Of a stretch of DNA of 64,000 bases, positions 59,245 through 64,000 are shown one piece after another. Where the stretch lies: positions 96,001-160,000 of the forward strand of contig CAWKHF010000009.1 of assembly GCA_963849325.1 (NCBI GenBank). The letters are read 5' to 3'. Both the position numbers and the translations under genes were made by a program. Each line of letters opens with the position of its first letter. Within the stretch, counting starts at the first letter, position 1. This DNA is from an uncultured Planctomycetota bacterium. Lineage in GTDB: Bacteria > Planctomycetota > Planctomycetia > Gemmatales > Gemmataceae. Below the pieces are notes generated by a model. It saw only the letters and a program-made list of their open reading frames with translations, made no database searches and was not told the DNA's origin.

Positions 59245-60330
59245 ATGAAGAAACCGGAAATCGTCGTCATCACCGGGGCATCGGCCGGTGTGGGCCGCGC
59301 CGCCGTGCAGGCCTTCGCTCGGCGAGGGGCACACATCGGATTGCTGGCTCGCGGTAAGGACGGCCTGGAAGGAGCGCGGCGCGACGCGGAACGGTTGGGC
59401 GGCAAGGGGCTGGTTTTGCCGACCGATGTGTCCGACGCCGAACAAGTCGAGCGCGCGGCCAGCGCCGTCGAAGACAAGCTCGGACCCATTGATATTTGGG
59501 TCAACAACGCCATGGTGTCCGTCTTCTCTCCCGTCAAGGAGATGACGCCCGCGGACTACCGGCGCGTGACGGAAGTAACCTATCTCGGCTTCATCCACGG
59601 CACCCTGTCGGCGCTGCGGCGTATGTTGCCACGCGATCGCGGCATCATCGTGCAAGTCGGTTCGGCGCTGGCCTATCGCGGCATTCCCTTGCAGTCGGCC
59701 TACTGCGGCGCCAAGCACGCCATCCAGGGCTTCACCGAGTCGCTGCGTTGCGAACTGCTCTACGATAAGAGCAACGTCAAGGTAACGATGTTGCAGATGC
59801 CGGGCATGAACACGCCGCAATTCGATTGGGTCAAGAACCGTCTGCCGAAGAAGCCGCAGCCAGTGCCGCCGGTTTATCAACCCGACGTAGCCGCCGAGGC
59901 CATCTACCACGCGGCCCATCATTACCGCCGCGAGTGGTACGTCGGCGGCTCCACCGCCACTGTCGTCGTCGGCAACAAGATGGCCCCCGCACTGGGTGAC
60001 TGGTATCTGGGTAAAACCGGCATCGACTCGCAGCAGACCGACGAGCCAGCGGACCCTAATGCCCCGAACAACCTCTACGACCCGTTGCCGGGCGATCACG
60101 GCGCGCATGGCCGATTCGATCGCATCGCCCACGACTTCAGCTTCCAGTTGTGGGCGGACCAGCATCGCGGCTTGCTGGCCGTGGGCGGACTTCTCGGTCT
60201 GGTGGGCGGACTGCTTCTCTGGAAACGCGGCAGTCGAGCCTCTCGCGGCGACGGTATGGTTCCTGGAGGCGCTCAGACATCCGGTCACATGGAACGCCAC
60301 GAGCGTATTCCGATGGCGACGAAACCGTAG
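59245..60330 (+). CDS. short-chain dehydrogenase/reductase with C-terminal membrane anchor
   Basis: TGASAGVG, WVNNA, YCGAK, NTPQF, HGAHGRF. Confidence 0.93.
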   Translation: MKKPEIVVITGASAGVGRAAVQAFARRGAHIGLLARGKDGLEGARRDAERLGGKGLVLPTDVSDAEQVERAASAVEDKLGPIDIWVNNAMVSVFSPVKEMTPADYRRVTEVTYLGFIHGTLSALRRMLPRDRGIIVQVGSALAYRGIPLQSAYCGAKHAIQGFTESLRCELLYDKSNVKVTMLQMPGMNTPQFDWVKNRLPKKPQPVPPVYQPDVAAEAIYHAAHHYRREWYVGGSTATVVVGNKMAPALGDWYLGKTGIDSQQTDEPADPNAPNNLYDPLPGDHGAHGRFDRIAHDFSFQLWADQHRGLLAVGGLLGLVGGLLLWKRGSRASRGDGMVPGGAQTSGHMERHERIPMATKP

Positions 60331-60347
60331 CGGCTCGGAGGGAACTC

Positions 60348-60785
60348 ATGAAAACGCAGCTGCTTCACGAACAGGGGGGCGAGAAGACCTTCGTACTGAT
60401 CTTCGCCGCCGGCGATGAGGCAATCGCAGGGTTGACGACGTTCGCCAAGGAGAAAGGGCTGTCCGCCAGCCACTTCACGGCCATCGGCGGTTTTCAGGAA
60501 GCGACGCTGGGTTATTTCAACCTCGACAAGAAGGACTACGACAAGATTCCCGTGCGCGAGCAGGTCGAAGTACTGTCGCTGATCGGCGATGTCACGCAAA
60601 CCGAGAAGGGGGAGCCGAAGATCCATGCCCATGTGGTCCTCGGTCGTTCCGACGGCTCGACGCGCGGCGGCCATCTGGTCGAGGCGCGCGTGCGGCCGAC
60701 GCTGGAAGTGATGCTCGTCGAGTCGCCGCGCCACCTGCGACGGAAGCACGATCCGCAGAGTGGACTGGCCCTCATCCAACTGTAA
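60348..60785 (+). CDS. PPC/DUF296 domain protein
   Basis: TAIGG, EVLSLIG, HAHVVLG...GGHL...VRPTLEV. Confidence 0.92.
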   Translation: MKTQLLHEQGGEKTFVLIFAAGDEAIAGLTTFAKEKGLSASHFTAIGGFQEATLGYFNLDKKDYDKIPVREQVEVLSLIGDVTQTEKGEPKIHAHVVLGRSDGSTRGGHLVEARVRPTLEVMLVESPRHLRRKHDPQSGLALIQL

Positions 60786-60808
60786 GGGCGCGTCCACCAA
60801 TAACTTCA

Positions 60809-60869
60809 TTTAGCCGCGACGCGCAGCGGAGCGCGTCGGCCCCGCGCTCTGCTGCGCGTCCCGGCTAAA
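60809..60869. repeat. REP-like palindrome family D (imperfect)
   Basis: TTTAGCCGCGACGCGCAGCGGAGCGCG...GGCTAAA. Confidence 0.85.
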
Positions 60870-60961
60870 CTTGGAACTTGTTGTTGGACGGCTCCTAAAA
60901 GTCCATTCCACCATCCGCTTGCGGCTGAGTGTTCGTTGCTGTCCTTCTGGGGATGGATAAC

Positions 60962-62159
60962 ATGCCGGTTGATCCCGAGCGGAGAGCATGGATTCAGGAG
61001 CAGCTGACCAGGGCGGACATGGATGCCTTCGTCTGCGCCCTACCGGCGCATGTCCTGCTGCTGAGCGGTTACTGGCCGGTTGTTGGCACGAGCCTCGCCA
61101 TCGTGGTGCGCGGCGGGCCAACGGCGTTGCTGGTGCCGGAGGACGAGCAGGAGTTGGCCCAGCATGGCGGGGCCGATCAGGTCCATACGTACAAGCCGGC
61201 CCCGCTGGATTCGTTGGCGACGCTGATCGAGGCGCAGTCGCCGCCGCTGGCGAAGCTGGCCCACAAGCTTGGACTGCGACGCAAGCGGATCGGCTACGAG
61301 CACGGCGGCTGGTACGAGGCGTCTTCCTACGCGGCGATGCACCTGTATCGTTCGAGCATAGCTGAGATGCTCGAACGGACGTTCGACCATCCCCATCTAA
61401 TCGACGCCGACGATCGTCTGGTTCATCTTCGTACACTCAAGACGCCGCAGGAGTTGGAGCGCCTTCGCCTGGCCTGCCGAATCGCGGCCGAGGCGTTCGA
61501 GGAAGGGCATCGACAAATGCGGATCGGGATGAAGGAGACGGAGGCAGCCGAGCTGTTTCGCGCTCCGCTGGCCGTACACGGTGTCGGGCGTGACGGCGTG
61601 GAGCGGGCTGGCGGCTTTACGTTCTGCATGTCGGGACCGAATTCGGCGAACGCTTCTGGCGCCTTCGCTCGCTCTCGCGCTCGTCGTCTGGCCGAGAACG
61701 ATCTGGTGCTCGTCCACTGTAATTCCTATGCGGACGGTTACTGGACCGACATCACGCGCACCTACTGCCTGGGCGAGCCGGACGAGAAGCAGCGTACCTT
61801 GTACGACGCCATCGCCGCCGCTCATCGCGCGGCCCGGCAAGTGATCCGCCCCGGCGCCCGTGCCGCCGACGTAGACCGAGCAGCGCGCGACGTTCCTCAA
61901 GCAACGTGGTCTCGGCGAAGCGTTCAAGCACTCCACCGGCCACGGCATTGGCTTCGCCGCCATCAATCATCTGGCTCGGCCGCGCTTGCACCCCCAATCG
62001 CCTGACGTCCTCGAAACCGGCATGGTCTTCAATGTCGAGCCAGCCGTTTACCTCGAAGGTTATGGCGGCATCCGCCACTGTAATATGATCGCCCTGACGG
62101 CCAACGGAGTAGAAGAACTCACGCCGTTTCAGGACATCGACGCACGACTAGCCTACTAG
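60962..62159 (+). CDS. M24 (Xaa-Pro peptidase/creatinase fold) protein with atypical metal ligands, probable frameshift ~61893
   Basis: RTLKTPQE, GYWTDITRT, HSTGHGIG, GMVFNVEPAVY..G.GGIRHCN. Confidence 0.85.
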
Positions 62160-62208
62160 CCCGGAGCGCCAGCGACGGGCAGGTAAACCGTCGCTGGCGC
62201 TCCGGGCT
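62158..62208. repeat. REP-like palindrome family F (AGCCCGGAGCGCCAGCGACGG)
   Basis: inverted repeat between convergent genes; one arm also inside the Hsp70 CDS at 13285-13308. Confidence 0.9.
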
Positions 62209-62217
62209 TGTGGTATC

Positions 62218-63765
62218 TCAAAGCTCTCGCATGAACGCGACCAGGTCCGCTTTCTCTTCCTTGGTCAGCTTCAGCTCCAGAACGAGATTGAAGAACTCAA
62301 CCGTGTCTTCCAGGGTCAGACAGCGACCATCGTGCAGATAAGGCGGGCTGTCTTTGATACCGCGCAAGGTAAAGGTTTTGATCGGTCCCCCCGGTGCATC
62401 CGCAACGAACCGCTCGACATGAAGGTCGTGCATCTGATTGTCCAGATAGAACGGCGCGGGATGGCAGACGGAACACTGCGCCTTGCCGAAAAAGAGCTTT
62501 TCGCCCCGCAGCTCGCTCTCCGTCGCCTTGTTGCGGTTGAGGCGGCCGAGGATGGTCAGCTTGGGAGCCGGCGGCCAGTCGAACATCATCTGCACGCGCT
62601 CCATGCGCACGGCCTGTTCCGGCAAAAGAAGGAAAGCTCCCTTCTTCTCGGCGTGCATCTGATCACCGTTGAAGTAGGCGGCTCGCGGCTGCTCGAATTC
62701 GCTGAAATCCTTGACGGAGCGAATGCTCCGCTTGGACCCGTGGATCTGCTGATTGTACAGGCCGCGCAGGCTCGGCGTGTCCAGACGCAGACGGCGCTGC
62801 TGCGGCCGATTGTCCGGGTTCAGCTCGATCTGTCCCGCTGTGTGGCCGTTGACGTGACAATCGAGGCAGGTCACGCCCTGCGTTGGCTCCTTACTCTTGC
62901 GATCATCGGTGGCGTTGAACTCCTCCTGCGGCATCGGCGTCAACAGCAGCCGTAAACCGTCCAGCTCAATCGGCGTCAGGATGCCTTTGAACAGTCGATC
63001 AAAATTGTTGATGGAGACGACCTCGCCGCGCGACACGTCGCCCAGTTCCGGCCGGTTTTGCAAAAACATCGCCGGCGGAAATTCCGGCAGAAATTCTTCG
63101 GGCAGATCGAAATCCACGTCGAACCGCTCCAGCCGTGGAAACATGGCGATCTGCATTTTCGGAAACACCATGCCGCCGGGCGTGTGCTTGGGATGGGGTA
63201 GAGACGGGTACGGGAAGATGCCGGCTTTGCGGATCTCGGCGGGACTCATGTCCGCCAGCTTGGTCCAGGTCACGTCCTCGGGAAGTCGAGCGGTCGGTCC
63301 GACGGCCAGCGGCTTACCGCGCGACATCCGCGCCGAGGCGTCGAGCTTCGGTTTCAGGTTGTAACGCTTCTCCAGCAGCTTCCGTTGAGCCGTCATCACC
63401 TTCGACTTTTGGCCAACGTCCTCCTTGTAGATCTCCTCGAACGTCTGCATCGGCTTCTTGGCGCCGAGGGGGTCGCGGGAAAAATCGAAGCCGAGGAACT
63501 TCCCCTCTTCGGGCTGGTCCTTCAACACGGTGGAGGAAGGCTGCGCATTGGCCGGGTCAAAGACATCGGAGCTATCGTGCTTCGACTTCTCCTGCTCTGG
63601 ACGCTCCGCTCTCACGTCGCGCGGCCGCTGAGCCTCGGCGATGGCATCGCGTGGGGGGCGAGTGGGTGATTTTTTCTGGGCCTCCTGGGAATAAACGATT
63701 AGCCCCGTGAGGCCCAGGACAGCGACGAGCGCGGTGAGCGCCCAGCGTTTTTCGATCCTTTTCAT
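62218..63765 (-). CDS. exported di-heme cytochrome c, cytochrome c peroxidase/MauG-like superfamily
   Basis: signal peptide; CLDCH and CSVCH; DTPSLRG, KTFTLRG, PPYLHDGR. Confidence 0.87.
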   Translation of the reverse strand: MKRIEKRWALTALVAVLGLTGLIVYSQEAQKKSPTRPPRDAIAEAQRPRDVRAERPEQEKSKHDSSDVFDPANAQPSSTVLKDQPEEGKFLGFDFSRDPLGAKKPMQTFEEIYKEDVGQKSKVMTAQRKLLEKRYNLKPKLDASARMSRGKPLAVGPTARLPEDVTWTKLADMSPAEIRKAGIFPYPSLPHPKHTPGGMVFPKMQIAMFPRLERFDVDFDLPEEFLPEFPPAMFLQNRPELGDVSRGEVVSINNFDRLFKGILTPIELDGLRLLLTPMPQEEFNATDDRKSKEPTQGVTCLDCHVNGHTAGQIELNPDNRPQQRRLRLDTPSLRGLYNQQIHGSKRSIRSVKDFSEFEQPRAAYFNGDQMHAEKKGAFLLLPEQAVRMERVQMMFDWPPAPKLTILGRLNRNKATESELRGEKLFFGKAQCSVCHPAPFYLDNQMHDLHVERFVADAPGGPIKTFTLRGIKDSPPYLHDGRCLTLEDTVEFFNLVLELKLTKEEKADLVAFMREL

Positions 63766-63827
63766 GACAGGTTCTCGTTCGGCTCCGATGAGGGAAGGAG
63801 ATCGTTTGGGTTCCTCTCAGCTTTTTT

Positions 63828-63998
63828 TCAGCGCGCGGTGGGATCTTGGCCGATAGTGCTGTCGCCGTGATGTCTGCCTCCGGGAGCGATGCCGTGGCGC
63901 TGATGCCCGCCGGAAGCGCGGCCCTGAGCGATGGCGCCGCCCGCGGCGCCGCCGGCGTGTCCGGCGTAAGGGGGACCACCCTCCTCGCTGTCCTCGCC
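63828..63998 (-). CDS. 3' end of a Gly-rich hypothetical protein (truncated by window edge)
   Basis: frame reads GEDSEEGGPPYAGHAGGAAGG...GDSTIGQDPTAR*; not in the ORF track because it has no start in the window. Confidence 0.55.
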   Translation of the reverse strand, partial: GEDSEEGGPPYAGHAGGAAGGAIAQGRASGGHQRHGIAPGGRHHGDSTIGQDPTAR

Positions 63999-64000
63999 GC

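Noticed and set aside
63572-63979. 135-aa ORF in the track at the window end
   Set aside because: It overlaps the cytochrome start out of frame; another frame ending at 63828 looks more protein-like.

Overview
GC-rich bacterial window, most likely a Gemmataceae-type planctomycete (TIGR03000-like protein, DUF4058, Fae, planctomycete-style Ser/Thr kinases). About 55 CDS; I saw no rRNA, tRNA, CRISPR array or transposase. About 13 genes carry single-base frameshifts, which most likely reflect unpolished long-read assembly. Housekeeping blocks (uronate isomerase-like, Hsp70-like, nikR, aldolase, fae, sirC-ccsA-hemA) alternate with two stress-island-like blocks (about 4.2-11.8 kb and 35.7-64 kb). 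Those blocks encode YciF, SRPBCC, a Zn-dependent dehydrogenase, DUF6496, a DksA-like protein, Hsp20, Ppa, FumC, SDRs, a di-heme cytochrome and an ADP-heptose/carbamoyltransferase glycan operon. The strongest hidden signal is 15 correctly spaced and oriented sigma54-type (-24/-12, GG-N10-GC) boxes 35-175 nt upstream of most island transcription units, suggesting an RpoN-driven general stress regulon. A second layer is a set of related REP-like palindrome families that supply stop codons, nest inside each other and sit in-frame within proteins. Several enzymes show degenerate catalytic motifs: a pseudokinase, an SbmA/YddA-like transporter NBD and an M24 peptidase. All family assignments are from motif recognition, not database searches.
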